A stretch of DNA of 64,000 nt from an uncultured Verrucomicrobiae bacterium (lineage in GTDB: Bacteria > Verrucomicrobiota > Verrucomicrobiia > Limisphaerales > Palsa-1400), in NCBI GenBank assembly GCA_963707025.1, contig CAVPOM010000015.1, positions 96,001 through 160,000 on the forward strand. Direction: 5' to 3'. The first letter of the stretch is position 1, and every line of letters starts with the position of its first letter. Shown piece by piece: positions 39,539 through 49,397 of this stretch. Below the pieces are notes generated by a model. That model was not told the origin of the DNA and made no database searches. It was given only the letters and a program-made list of their open reading frames with translations. A program made the position numbers and the translations under genes.

Positions 39539-40429
39539 TTACGAAAGCAGCCACTCAAGCGTTATCCGTTCCGGCACCATCCGGAGGGTGGCGACCAGAA
39601 TCTTGCCGGGTCGGCTTCGCTCCAAACGGGCATAGTCATCCCACATGGAGCCGAGCAACAGACCGGGGCCGTCGTTAATGAAGATGACTTTTGGGCCAAG
39701 CCTGTGTTTTCGGGCATAGCTCAGAATCTCATCGGCACAGTTTTGGTAACCTCCGGTGCGGTCGTCTTCTTGAGACCCGCCCCGGTCGGAGTCATATCGG
39801 GCCAAGCCTATCGCGAGAAGCTCCCTTCCAGTGATGTCGTAAACCACAAAGTCAACCGGGCGGTCCGGTTTGGGATATTTCTCGAAAATATTTCCGAGCA
39901 GAATATCCTTGCCCGCTCGTTCCGGTCCCTGGATCACCAAATCAGGCAAAGTGGAGCGGAACAACGCAAAGAACCGTTCTGTAAGATCGTAGCCTTTCTT
40001 GCCACGGTCTTTATATTCCCACAAAACCGCGCACAATGCCTCGTCCGGCATCGGGCGCGACATGAACGCTGCATGGACCTTCTGAATTGGGCGGAAACCT
40101 TTCCCAAATTCCTCGCAGATGGTCGCCGCTTTGGATTTGTGTTTGAGCATTTCCACGGGCGTTTCGGGACTGACATATTTCCGAAAAACGCGCGCGAGTT
40201 GGACTCTCATAGCGCCGTCGGGCTCCCCGGCGATTTGCAGGAACAATCGGACCGACGACTCCGAGGACCGCAGAAGCTGGCCAAAGCGAACTAGTACCGG
40301 TTTGTAAAGCTCGCAAGCATCTTTGAGAATGTCAGGGTAATACTCGCCCGTGGCGAGAGTAAGCCAGTTCCTTGCATCCGCTTTGTAATCGGCGAAAGCC
40401 TTTGGTTTGTCTTTACGAGCTTGTTTCAA
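39539..40429 (-). CDS. Type II restriction endonuclease, BstEII-like
   Basis: FRKYVSPETPVEML, EYKDRGKKGY, ARYDSDRGGSQEDDRTGG, NDGPGLLLGSMW match BstEII as I recall it; adjacent methyltransferase; start uncertain. Confidence 0.8.
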   Translation of the reverse strand: MKQARKDKPKAFADYKADARNWLTLATGEYYPDILKDACELYKPVLVRFGQLLRSSESSVRLFLQIAGEPDGAMRVQLARVFRKYVSPETPVEMLKHKSKAATICEEFGKGFRPIQKVHAAFMSRPMPDEALCAVLWEYKDRGKKGYDLTERFFALFRSTLPDLVIQGPERAGKDILLGNIFEKYPKPDRPVDFVVYDITGRELLAIGLARYDSDRGGSQEDDRTGGYQNCADEILSYARKHRLGPKVIFINDGPGLLLGSMWDDYARLERSRPGKILVATLRMVPERITLEWLLS

Positions 40430-40493
40430 GTTTTGTTTCCCATTATTCCAACATTGACGGCCCGAATCAACGCAATCCTCATGCCCCATTTGC

Positions 40494-40964
40494 TCACTGC
40501 CCCTGCTTCCCCGCCGCCCGCACCACGATTTCCTCCCCCGCCTTCCACGGGTGCTCGGTTTTGTCCACGATCAGCGTGCGCGGCAGCACCTCGATCTGGT
40601 GCCCGCAAAGCCGCAGCGTAATCGTCCCCGGCAAATAAAGCGCGTCCTGCAACAGCATTTCGCCAAAAGGCAGATTGGTCGTCGCTTCGCGGAATTTTAC
40701 CCGCTCGGCCAGATTCGCCCGCGCCACTTTGTCTTCCGGGAAACTCAATTTCTCCAAAATTTGCAGCGTCCGCTGGGAAATCTCCAACGACGGATGCCCG
40801 GCCGCGTCGGAAAAAAACGCAATCTCCCACGGCCCCTTGACCGCGCGCCGGTGCTCAATCAAGGAGAAAGCCGCGACGTAAAAAACCAGGGCCAGCCCGG
40901 CCGCCAGCGCCAGATGCCGGAACAGGCCGTCGTGGCGCGCGGGAATGGTGGGAGGCCCAGTCAA
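40494..40964 (-). CDS. Hypothetical membrane-anchored protein
   Basis: N-terminal TM (LALAAGLALVFYVAAFSLI); TTG start overlaps the upstream stop. Confidence 0.6.
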   Translation of the reverse strand: MTGPPTIPARHDGLFRHLALAAGLALVFYVAAFSLIEHRRAVKGPWEIAFFSDAAGHPSLEISQRTLQILEKLSFPEDKVARANLAERVKFREATTNLPFGEMLLQDALYLPGTITLRLCGHQIEVLPRTLIVDKTEHPWKAGEEIVVRAAGKQGQ

Positions 40965-42031
40965 ATTTTCACCTTGAACTGCTCCCCGGCCTTGAGGGAC
41001 AGGGCGAAGCCGCAGAGCAGCCGGGGAATCTGTTCCAGGTCGCGCAGACTGATCAGCTCGACCGGCGAATGCATGTAGCGGTCGGGCAGGCTGATCAGCC
41101 CGCTGGGAATGCCGCCCCGTGTCCAGAAAATCACGTCCGTGTCCGTCCCGCTGGTCGCCGAAGTGGCCTCGTGCTGCAGCTTGATTTTTTGGGCGCGCGC
41201 CACCGCTTCCAGGCGCGCCATCACTGCGGGGTGGTTGCAAACCCCGTGGGTCAGGGTCGGCCCGCCGCCCACTTTGACATCCCCGTGCTGCTGTTGGCTG
41301 ACGGTGGGATAATCGGTCGCGTGAGTCACATCCACCACCAGCGCCACATCCGGCTTGAGGGAGTAGGCAATCTGCCGCGCCCCCAGCAAACCGACTTCCT
41401 CCATGATATTGGAGACGGCCAGGATTTCGGCCTTCAGCTTCCGCCTGCCTTCCTGCGCCAGGCGCAAGGTCTCGGCCACGGCAAAGGTGCCGATGCGGTT
41501 GTCAAAGGCCCGGGCCACGGCCAGATCCCGGCGCAACAATTCAAAGGAGCCGGCCAGGGTGATGGGATCGCCCACCCGCACCAGCTTTTCCGCCTCCCCC
41601 CGGCTCCCCGCGCCGATGTCAATAAATAATTCATGGATTTTGGGCGGCTTCCCCTCCGGCTCCCCTTTGAGCAAATGCGGGGCGACATTGCCCACCACCC
41701 CCCGCACCGGCCCGCCCCGGGTGTGAATGACGACGCGCTGGGCCTTGGTGATGGCGGGATCCACCCCGCCGAGCTTGCGGACATAAACAAACCCCTCCGC
41801 ATTAATATAATTGACGGCCAGGGAAATCTCATCGGCGTGCGCCGCCAGCATGAGGCGGGGCGACCCGCCCTTGTTCAGCACCGCCACCGCGTTGCCATAA
41901 GCGTCGCTAAAAGTTTCATCGGCAAAAGGCTGCACATAATCGAGCCAGACCCGCTGGCCGCGCGCCTCATGGCCGGAGGGGCTGGGCGTGTTGACCAGTT
42001 TTTCCAGAAACTGAAGTGATTCAGATCGCAT
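40961..42031 (-). CDS. M42 family aminopeptidase
   Basis: PSPSGHE, AHADEI, AFDNR, MEEVG, VDVT, GTDT, YMHSP. Confidence 0.93.
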   Translation of the reverse strand: MRSESLQFLEKLVNTPSPSGHEARGQRVWLDYVQPFADETFSDAYGNAVAVLNKGGSPRLMLAAHADEISLAVNYINAEGFVYVRKLGGVDPAITKAQRVVIHTRGGPVRGVVGNVAPHLLKGEPEGKPPKIHELFIDIGAGSRGEAEKLVRVGDPITLAGSFELLRRDLAVARAFDNRIGTFAVAETLRLAQEGRRKLKAEILAVSNIMEEVGLLGARQIAYSLKPDVALVVDVTHATDYPTVSQQQHGDVKVGGGPTLTHGVCNHPAVMARLEAVARAQKIKLQHEATSATSGTDTDVIFWTRGGIPSGLISLPDRYMHSPVELISLRDLEQIPRLLCGFALSLKAGEQFKVKI

Positions 42032-42132
42032 GATTCCATTCTAAGCCGCGCCCCGGCACAAGCAATGCGGAAGGCGCGCCACGCCTTGATCTCTCCATGC
42101 GGTTGGGGGCATGGCCCCCCTGGGTCCGGGAA

Positions 42133-42180
42133 GTGAAATTAGCTGAAAACAGGTGAAAACAGGTGAAAATAACTGAAAAA
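42133..42180. repeat. 10-bp tandem repeat, same family as 14241-14300
   Basis: GTGAAATTAG CTGAAAACAG GTGAAAACAG GTGAAAATAA CTGAAAAA. Confidence 0.85.
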
Positions 42181-42221
42181 TGCCTCGGTGCAGGATTGCG
42201 CCCGTCCCCGGGGAATGGCGC

Positions 42222-43709
42222 TTAAATAAGGGAAGCCTTTCTTTTGGCCCGGGCCAGACGGCGGCGTTTATTGCGGCTCCAGGGCTGGCGGTATTGATGC
42301 CGCGATTTGTTCAAATGGGGGTATTTGGATCGTTTCTTGACAGCGCGCGGCTCCGCTCTTCCCGGACGCCTGGGCACCAGATCGGTCGCCAGCCTTCGGA
42401 GCAGCCGCTGCCATAATTGGCGGCGCCGTCCCCCTTTGTTCCGGGCGTGTCCGAGTTGTGCCAGTGCCTGCGTCCATTGCCGGAAGGCGTCCAGGCTGCC
42501 TTTGAAACTGATCCGATCCAAGTCCACGTTCTGGCTTTGCGCGGCTTCGGCCATGATCCAGCGCAGGAAATTATGGGCGGTGAGGAAGAGCAGGAGTTCT
42601 TTCTCCACCATGCGGGGACAGAGGCAATGCAGGCTCTGCATGCCCAGGGTGGTTTTGAGATCGTCCAGGCACAGTTCCATGCGCCAGCGCCGGGCATAAG
42701 CGGCCGCCAGTTCCTCCGCTGGAAAAAGCGCCGCATCCAACAGGGTCGTGACCAGGGTCAGGTGGCGGGTGCGGAAGCCGGCCCGGCTCAGGCGCGCGCG
42801 CAGCACCCGCACCGTGATCTGCGGCGGCAGTCCGAGCCATTCCAGGAACGAAAGCAGGGGCGAAGGCCGGCCGGGTTTGGACCAGGTAAAGAGCGCGTCC
42901 CAGTGACCCAGGCGTTGGCGGGCCTGGCGGAAATCCACCTTGCGGTTGCGCACGGAGACCCGCGCGAGCAAATCCACGCCCAGGAGTTGGAGGACGGCGG
43001 CGATAATATAAACCCCATAGGCGCGGTCGCCCAAGAGGATGTCGCCGGGGTGCAAAGCCGAGCGCAAGCCGTGGAGAAACAGAGCCAGTTCGGAGGAGCG
43101 CAGGCTGCCGGTGGCTTTGGCCAAAAGGGCGCCGCTGGCGGCGGAGAACAGAGCCACCACGCGCAGGTGGGGAAAGCCGCCGCCGGGCTGCAGGCTTTGG
43201 CTGGGGGGAAAGGCCGCCCGATTGGCCGGGGTGTCGGGCAGGTGGGTGCCGCTGCCATCGACCGCTTTCAACGGGCGGCCCTGTAGCAGCGTACTGGCCG
43301 GGGCGCGCTTTTCGGCGCTGTCGGCGCTGGCCGCGAAGGCTTGCTCCAGCAAGGCCAGGGGGAGTTTGGCGCGGGCCTGGCAATAGGCGCTGCTGTCCGG
43401 CTCCGGTTCCGGGCCTTGGACCAAGGCCAGCAGGGCCTGCACCTGAAGGACGACGTGGCGGCAGGAAGTGTTGGCTTGGAAGACTGGCCAGACCCAGCAC
43501 CACCAGGTGCGAACCAGAGTGTAAACCTGCTCGCGGGAGTAGTCGCCGGCGGCCGGTTTTCGCAGGAGGTCGGTGGGCAAGGCGGGAGCCAGGCGGTCCT
43601 CGATCTGACTCAAGGTGGCGTGACGGAGGCGCGCCAGGCTGTGGGCACAGCGGCGGCCCGCCGCCGCCAGACGGGGCCGCCAGGCCGGGAAGAAGGGGGT
43701 GTCGGGCAT
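42222..43709 (-). CDS. IS4-family DDE transposase
   Basis: SAYCQARAKL, AVDGS, LGDRAY, YARRWRMELCLDDLK (YREK), RPGRAEPRAVK. Confidence 0.93.
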   Translation of the reverse strand: MPDTPFFPAWRPRLAAAGRRCAHSLARLRHATLSQIEDRLAPALPTDLLRKPAAGDYSREQVYTLVRTWWCWVWPVFQANTSCRHVVLQVQALLALVQGPEPEPDSSAYCQARAKLPLALLEQAFAASADSAEKRAPASTLLQGRPLKAVDGSGTHLPDTPANRAAFPPSQSLQPGGGFPHLRVVALFSAASGALLAKATGSLRSSELALFLHGLRSALHPGDILLGDRAYGVYIIAAVLQLLGVDLLARVSVRNRKVDFRQARQRLGHWDALFTWSKPGRPSPLLSFLEWLGLPPQITVRVLRARLSRAGFRTRHLTLVTTLLDAALFPAEELAAAYARRWRMELCLDDLKTTLGMQSLHCLCPRMVEKELLLFLTAHNFLRWIMAEAAQSQNVDLDRISFKGSLDAFRQWTQALAQLGHARNKGGRRRQLWQRLLRRLATDLVPRRPGRAEPRAVKKRSKYPHLNKSRHQYRQPWSRNKRRRLARAKRKASLI

Positions 43710-43733
43710 AAGGCGGTATATATACCGCCTTAT
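43708..43733. promoter_or_regulatory. Perfect 26-bp palindrome between the divergent IS genes
   Basis: ATAAGGCGGTATA|TATACCGCCTTAT. Confidence 0.6.
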
Positions 43734-43758
43734 TGACACGTCTGCTACTCTTTTCTTT

Positions 43759-44106
43759 ATGCCGACTCACAAAACAACCCGGCCAGCCCAATGGCAGGCC
43801 CAATACGCCCAATTACGCGACCGGCTGGCCAGAACCGGCTGGATCAGCGAGGGCTACGTGCAAGACCGCGGCCCCGGAGCAGGCGGCCCTTGTTATCAGT
43901 GGACCCGCAAGGTCAAAGGCAAAACGGTCAGTGTCGCTCTCTCCAAAGAACAATATGAGTGGCTCCATGACGCCATTGCCGAGTGGCGGGAGGTGCAAGC
44001 CACCATCAAAGCCATGCAACGCTTGAGCCGTCAGGTCTTGTTTGAAACCATCCCGCATCCCCCGCGTCGTAAGAGGCTGGGTAAGAAAGTTTTAGGTCTT
44101 ATTTAA
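43759..44106 (+). CDS. IS-associated small protein (DUF6788-like)
   Basis: GPCYQWTRKVKGKTVSVAL motif; inside the IS inverted repeats. Confidence 0.75.
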   Translation: MPTHKTTRPAQWQAQYAQLRDRLARTGWISEGYVQDRGPGAGGPCYQWTRKVKGKTVSVALSKEQYEWLHDAIAEWREVQATIKAMQRLSRQVLFETIPHPPRRKRLGKKVLGLI

Positions 44107-44423
44107 GCGCCATTCCCCGAGGACGGGCGCAGCAGCCTGCAAAGAGCCGGCGGCGGCGCACAAACCACGCGGCAAGAAATCCTCGGCGGCACGCCCGCGC
44201 AAAACAGGGCGCAAGGCGTGACGGATGTGGGAGCGGCGAAGTATGCGCGGCGGGCAGCGAAGTGGAGAATGAAGGGTTCACGGACTGAATCGCGTCGCGG
44301 CTCGACGGAGTCTTCCACCTTCGCCGAGCCTACGGCGGACAGGCGCCCTGCCGTGAGCGGTCAGATTTTTTGTTTTTCATTTTGCATTCGGCGTTTTGGC
44401 TTCGGCATTCTTCCCGCGGCATC

Positions 44424-45497
44424 ATGCACCGCGATACGCTTGTCAAGGCCAGCCGCATCGTCGTCAAATTGGGCACCGGCGTCCTGACCGACAGCCGCAA
44501 GCAACCCGATTTGGCGCAGATGACGCAGTTGGCTGCCCAGATCGCCGCCCTCCGCGCCCAAGGCAGGGAGGTGGTCATCGTCAGCTCCGGCGCGGTGGGG
44601 GCGGGCATGGGGATTTTGGGCCATGAAAAACGGCCGGTGGAAACGGCGGAATTGCAGGCTTGCGCGGCGGTGGGCCAGCCGCGGCTGATGGCCCTTTACG
44701 AAAAGCTTTTCGGCGAGGCCGGACAGGGCGTGGCCCAGGTGCTGCTGACCCACGAGGACCTGGCACATCACGAGCGGCATCTCAACGCTCGCAGCACGCT
44801 GGTCGCGCTCCTGCGCCACGGCATCATCCCGGTCATCAATGAAAACGACGCGATTTCCTTCACGGAAATAAAGTTTGGGGACAACGACCAGCTTTCCGCG
44901 CTGGTGGCCTGCCTGCTGCCGGCCGACGCGCTGGTGATTTTGACGACGGTGGACGGCTTCATCGAAAACTTCGGCCAAGCCAATCCCAAAACCATCAGCG
45001 CGGTGGAACATCTGGACGCGGCCATGGAAAAGCAGGCGCGGGGCACGGAGAGCGCCACCGCCGTGGGGGGCATGGCCTCCAAACTGCAGGCCGCCAAGAT
45101 GGTGATTCGTTCGGGCATTCCGCTGATCATCGCCTCCGGGAAAAAGAAAAACGCGCTGGCCCGCATCTTCGACGGGCGGGAAGAGGGGACCCTCTTTGTG
45201 GCGCAGCCGGCGAAATTGAAGGGGCGCAAACGCTGGATCGCGTTTTTCCATCATCCCAAGGGCGCGCTCTTTGTGGATGAAGGGGCCAAGCAGGCCCTGC
45301 GGGAAAGGGGCAAGAGCCTGCTCCCGCCCGGGGTGGCGCGCTGCGAAGGGGATTTCGCCGCCGGGGAAGTGGTGCGGGTGTGCGATTTGAACGGCACCGA
45401 GTTCGCCCGCGGGATCTGTGATGCTGATTCCAGCGCGATCAAAGCCCGCCAGGCCGCCGGGGTGCTGGTGCATCGGGATAACCTGGTGATACTTTGA
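44424..45497 (+). CDS. proB: Glutamate 5-kinase with PUA domain
   Basis: IVVKLGT, VSSGAV, INENDA, FGDNDQLSA, GGMASK, HRDNLV. Confidence 0.96.
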   Translation: MHRDTLVKASRIVVKLGTGVLTDSRKQPDLAQMTQLAAQIAALRAQGREVVIVSSGAVGAGMGILGHEKRPVETAELQACAAVGQPRLMALYEKLFGEAGQGVAQVLLTHEDLAHHERHLNARSTLVALLRHGIIPVINENDAISFTEIKFGDNDQLSALVACLLPADALVILTTVDGFIENFGQANPKTISAVEHLDAAMEKQARGTESATAVGGMASKLQAAKMVIRSGIPLIIASGKKKNALARIFDGREEGTLFVAQPAKLKGRKRWIAFFHHPKGALFVDEGAKQALRERGKSLLPPGVARCEGDFAAGEVVRVCDLNGTEFARGICDADSSAIKARQAAGVLVHRDNLVIL

Positions 45498-45516
45498 ATG
45501 CGCCGGGCAGACACCG

Positions 45517-46314
45517 ATGAAGAAGAACCAAAAAAAAACCGCGCCGCGCCGGCCTTGGCTGGGAGAGCGGACACGCCGGGCGGGCCGCGGCGGGCAACCC
45601 CGATTGCATCGGGGCCCTGCCTTTGCCAGTTCGCCCAAAAGGGACCGGTTACAAAAATCCGCCGCCGCCATCGGCGAGTTGCTGGCGGTGATGGCCCGGC
45701 TGCGCGCGCCCGGCGGCTGCCCGTGGGACCGGGAACAGAATCATCAGACCCTGCGCTTCCACGCCGTGGAAGAGGCCTACGAATTGATGGACGCCATCGA
45801 AGCCGGGGACGACCAGGAAATGGCCGAGGAGCTGGGGGATTTGCTCTTGCAGGTGGTCTTTCACTGCCAGTTGGCCGGGGAGCGCGGCGCCTTTGATTTC
45901 GAGCAGGTCGCCCGCCGCCTCACCGAAAAGCTGGTGCGCCGCCACCCACACGTCTTCGGGGAGACGAAAGTCAAGAACGTGGATGAAGTCTGGGCCAACT
46001 GGGAAAAAATCAAGACCGCGGAAAAGCACGGGACGCGGCACGCTCGCCCTTCCGCGCTGGACGGCATCCCCAAACATTTGCCCGCGCTGCTGCGGGCCGA
46101 AAAACTGGCAAAGAAAGGGCGGAAGGCAAAACTCCTTTCTGCCGGCGAGAGTGGAAGCAAAGCATTGACGAAGGGGTCGCTGGCCAGGAAATTATTTGAC
46201 CTGGCCGATGCGGCGCAGGCTCAAGGCTGGTGCGCCGAGGATCTGCTGCGCGGTGAAACCCAACGCCAGGAAAGGCGGCTCCGCAAAAAGGAACGCTTGC
46301 GGCACAAACATTGA
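45517..46314 (+). CDS. mazG: MazG family nucleoside triphosphate pyrophosphohydrolase
   Basis: GGCPWDREQ, EEAYE, EELGDLLLQVVFH, RRHPHVF. Confidence 0.9.
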   Translation: MKKNQKKTAPRRPWLGERTRRAGRGGQPRLHRGPAFASSPKRDRLQKSAAAIGELLAVMARLRAPGGCPWDREQNHQTLRFHAVEEAYELMDAIEAGDDQEMAEELGDLLLQVVFHCQLAGERGAFDFEQVARRLTEKLVRRHPHVFGETKVKNVDEVWANWEKIKTAEKHGTRHARPSALDGIPKHLPALLRAEKLAKKGRKAKLLSAGESGSKALTKGSLARKLFDLADAAQAQGWCAEDLLRGETQRQERRLRKKERLRHKH

Positions 46315-46347
46315 AACGGCGGGAGGCACGAAGCAAAAGCTGGCGTG

Positions 46348-46767
46348 TCATTTTTCTGGAAGCAGCGAGACTTTCTCTGATTTGGCGGCGGCCCGAAGCG
46401 CCTGGTCCAATGTGGCCAGCGGGAGATCCCGCCGAATGGCCAGTTCCAGGTAAGCGGCATCGTAGCTGGTCAGCGTGTGCTTCTGCGCCAACAGGTGAGT
46501 CGCGCCCCATGCCTGGTTGACCGCCCCTTCGTCCACCTCAATGGGCAGCGACCGAAACAGCAGCAAGTGGCCGTTGATTTCCGTCCTGGTGGCTCGTTTT
46601 CGTCTCTCCGCACCCAGCAATGCGTTGGCGATTTCCCAATGCCAGAGCGGTGGCACAAAAGCTTTGGCACCTTGTCCGAGGGAATCGAGCGCTTTATCGG
46701 TTGGCGGCCCCGCCTCATCCTTCATGACCCAGGCCAGGGCAAACGAAGAATCCACGACGAAATTCAT
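46348..46767 (-). CDS. vapC: VapC PIN-domain toxin
   Basis: VVDSS, WHWEIAN, YDAAYLELA, LATLD. Confidence 0.92.
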   Translation of the reverse strand: MNFVVDSSFALAWVMKDEAGPPTDKALDSLGQGAKAFVPPLWHWEIANALLGAERRKRATRTEINGHLLLFRSLPIEVDEGAVNQAWGATHLLAQKHTLTSYDAAYLELAIRRDLPLATLDQALRAAAKSEKVSLLPEK

Positions 46768-47021
46768 GGGCGGCCCTCGTTGATTAAGTCCTTCAGGCGC
46801 AGTCTGGGTTTAGCGGGAGGGTTCAGGGAGATGCGCCTGGATTTCATGGCGGCGATGGCGTTTTGGATTTCGCTCAAGCTTTGCCCTTTGGCGGGGAGGA
46901 GTTTGGCGACCTCCTCGCCGTGCAGGGTAATGGCAAAGCCTTCACCCTGGCGGGTACGCTCCAGAAGTTCCGAAAACTTCGCCTTGGCTTCGGATGCGGC
47001 GATGACGGTTGTGGCATTCAT
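46764..47021 (-). CDS. Phd/YefM antitoxin
   Basis: EAKAKFSELLER...ITLHGEEVAKLLP; ATGA overlap with vapC. Confidence 0.9.
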   Translation of the reverse strand: MNATTVIAASEAKAKFSELLERTRQGEGFAITLHGEEVAKLLPAKGQSLSEIQNAIAAMKSRRISLNPPAKPRLRLKDLINEGRP

Positions 47022-47159
47022 AAATCAATCTCAATACAATTTGACCGATCAATGACCAGTCTAGCACTAGAACGAGCTTTTGCCAAGAGAACGTTGCGAA
47101 GCCCCGTTCCTTTTTATTGCGCCGGCGGCGGCGGGGGTGTTTAGTGGTGGGTCAAATTT

Positions 47160-48269
47160 ATGACTGATCCACGTTACAAGAAGCTGGCCGATCTGCTGGC
47201 CACCTATTCCACCGCGCTGAAGAAGGGCGACCGCATCCTGCTGGAGTTGATTGATGTGCCCGATGAGTTCGGGATCGAATTGATGAGGGCGGCGCGGCGC
47301 CGGGGCGCCCTGCCCCTGATCGAGGCGCGCCATACCCGGCTCAACCGGGAGCTGATGCGGCAAACCAGCGCGCCCCACGCCCGGCTGGTGCGCGACGTGG
47401 AGTTGTCCCGCATGAAACGGATGCAAGCCTACATCGCCGTGCGCGGGTCGGACAATTCCAGCGAAAGCGCCGATGTCCCCGGCCGGTTGATGAGCCTCTA
47501 CAGCAAGACGACGCGCCCGGTGCAAAATTGGCGGGTGAACAAGACGCGCTGGTGCGTGCTGCGCTGGCCCTCGCCGAGCATGGCCCAGGCCGCCAACATG
47601 AGCACGGAGTCGTTTGAGAATTTTTATTTCCAGGTCTGCACCATGGATTATCCGAAAATGGCCCGGGCCATGGTGCCGCTGCAAAAGCTGATGAACCGAA
47701 CCGACCGGGTGCGTCTGAAATCCCCGGGCACGGATTTGCAGTTTCGCATCAAAGGGATCGGGGCGATCCTGGCGGAGGGCAAGCGCAACATCCCCGACGG
47801 GGAAGTGTTCAGTTGTCCAATCAAAGACTCGGTGCAGGGCTGCATCCAATACAACACCCCCACGATTTATTCCGGCACTAAATTTGAGAATGTCCGGCTG
47901 GAGTTTCAGGACGGCAAAATCAGCAAAGCGACCTCCAACAACAACCGGCGCCTGAACGAAATCCTGGACACCGACCCGGGGGCGCGCTACATCGGCGAGT
48001 TTTCCCTCGGCTTCAACCCCCACATCCTCAACCCGATGTGCGACATTTTGTTTGACGAAAAGATCGCCGGCTCGCTGCATTTCACCCCCGGCCAGGCCTA
48101 CGAGGACGCGGACAACGGCAACCGTTCGGCGGTGCATTGGGACCTGGTGCTGATCCAGCGGCCGGAATGGGGCGGGGGCGAGGTCTGGTTCGACGGCAAG
48201 CTCATCCGCAAGGACGGGCTGTTCCTGCCGCGCGAGTTGCAAGGGCTCAATCCCCGGAATTTGCGGTGA
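47160..48269 (+). CDS. M29 family aminopeptidase
   Basis: NIPDGEVF, IGEFSLG, LFDEKIAGSLHFTPG, NRSAVHWD. Confidence 0.93.
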   Translation: MTDPRYKKLADLLATYSTALKKGDRILLELIDVPDEFGIELMRAARRRGALPLIEARHTRLNRELMRQTSAPHARLVRDVELSRMKRMQAYIAVRGSDNSSESADVPGRLMSLYSKTTRPVQNWRVNKTRWCVLRWPSPSMAQAANMSTESFENFYFQVCTMDYPKMARAMVPLQKLMNRTDRVRLKSPGTDLQFRIKGIGAILAEGKRNIPDGEVFSCPIKDSVQGCIQYNTPTIYSGTKFENVRLEFQDGKISKATSNNNRRLNEILDTDPGARYIGEFSLGFNPHILNPMCDILFDEKIAGSLHFTPGQAYEDADNGNRSAVHWDLVLIQRPEWGGGEVWFDGKLIRKDGLFLPRELQGLNPRNLR

Positions 48270-48285
48270 GGCTGGTCGCCGGCCT

Positions 48286-49161
48286 TCATCCCTTCAGGAT
48301 GTGGAGGAACTGCTTCATGGCGGGGGAGAGGACCTTGTTCTTTTTGTAAAGGGCGGCCAGGGGACGGAACAGTTCGACCCCTTCGATCCTGACTTCGGCC
48401 AGGGTTTGCTTGGCCACTTCCTGCAGGACGGTGGCCTGGGGCACGATGGAGATGCCGGCCTCGATTTCCACGGCGCGCTTGACCGTTTCGATGTTGTCGA
48501 ACTCCATGACCGTCTGCACCGTCACGCCGTGTTCCTTCAAGATTTTATCAATGGCTTTGCGCGTGGGAATATCGGGTTCGAAGCTGATGAATTTCTCGCC
48601 GTTGAGCTGGGATAATTTGATGGTTTTGTTTTTGGCCAGCGGATGCTGGGGATGGCAGATGAGCACCAGCACGTCCTTGCGCAGCGGGACCAACTCCAGC
48701 TTGGGGTCCTTGGTCGGATAAGCGACCAGGCCCAAATCCACCACGTTGCTCAAGACGTCCTCATAAACCTGGTTGGCCCGGCGGTATTCGACATGGACGT
48801 TGACGGTGGGAAAGAGCTTGAGGAATTTTTTCAGGTAGGGGGGCAGATCGTGCAGGCCGATGCTGTAAATGGTGGCCAGGCGGATGGTGCCGGAAATGAT
48901 GTCCTTGATTTCCTGGAGGCGGTTGTGCAGGGAGTCATAGCTTTGGATGATCTGCTTGCTGTATTCGTAGAGGACCTGGCCCTCGCGGGTCAGGCGGAAC
49001 TTCTTCTTGCTCCGCTCGATGAGGAGGGATTTGAATTGTCGCTCCAGCGAACTGATCTGCTGGCTGACGGCGGATTGCGTCACGTTGTTGATTTGGGCCG
49101 CTTTGGTGAAACTTTCCGTTTCAGTCAAATCACAAAAAACTTTCAAGCTTTCGACTTGCAT
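48286..49161 (-). CDS. LysR family transcriptional regulator
   Basis: SFTKAAQINNVTQSAVSQQISSLE HTH; IKRAVE-like VKRAVEIEAGIS. Confidence 0.95.
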   Translation of the reverse strand: MQVESLKVFCDLTETESFTKAAQINNVTQSAVSQQISSLERQFKSLLIERSKKKFRLTREGQVLYEYSKQIIQSYDSLHNRLQEIKDIISGTIRLATIYSIGLHDLPPYLKKFLKLFPTVNVHVEYRRANQVYEDVLSNVVDLGLVAYPTKDPKLELVPLRKDVLVLICHPQHPLAKNKTIKLSQLNGEKFISFEPDIPTRKAIDKILKEHGVTVQTVMEFDNIETVKRAVEIEAGISIVPQATVLQEVAKQTLAEVRIEGVELFRPLAALYKKNKVLSPAMKQFLHILKG

Positions 49162-49397
49162 TAGGCAATTGAAACGAAAAAAGACGATAAAGTCAACTAA
49201 TGATTCGCAAGACTTATTGGCCGGGCGCGGGACAGGATTCTTCGGGGCTCGCCCTCCTCCTGACCTTCTCCCCCAGTGCTCGCTCGTGCCGGACGGAGAG
49301 AGAGAGGGACAAGGCTGCTGTCCGGGCGGCGCCACTGTGCGAAATTCCGCAATTTTCCCTGCGCGGCGGCTTTCCAGGAAGAATTATGTCTGGCGCC

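Larger units (their letters stand above)
42209..44119. mobile_element. IS4-family element with two divergent ORFs
   Basis: Perfect 22-bp inverted repeats CGGGGAATGGCGCTTAAATAAG (42209-42230 and 44098-44119); exact ends uncertain by a few bp. Confidence 0.9.

Noticed and set aside
45517..47021. MazG plus toxin-antitoxin as a single defence system
   Set aside because: mazG follows proB on the opposite strand and looks like the housekeeping type; the adjacency is probably incidental
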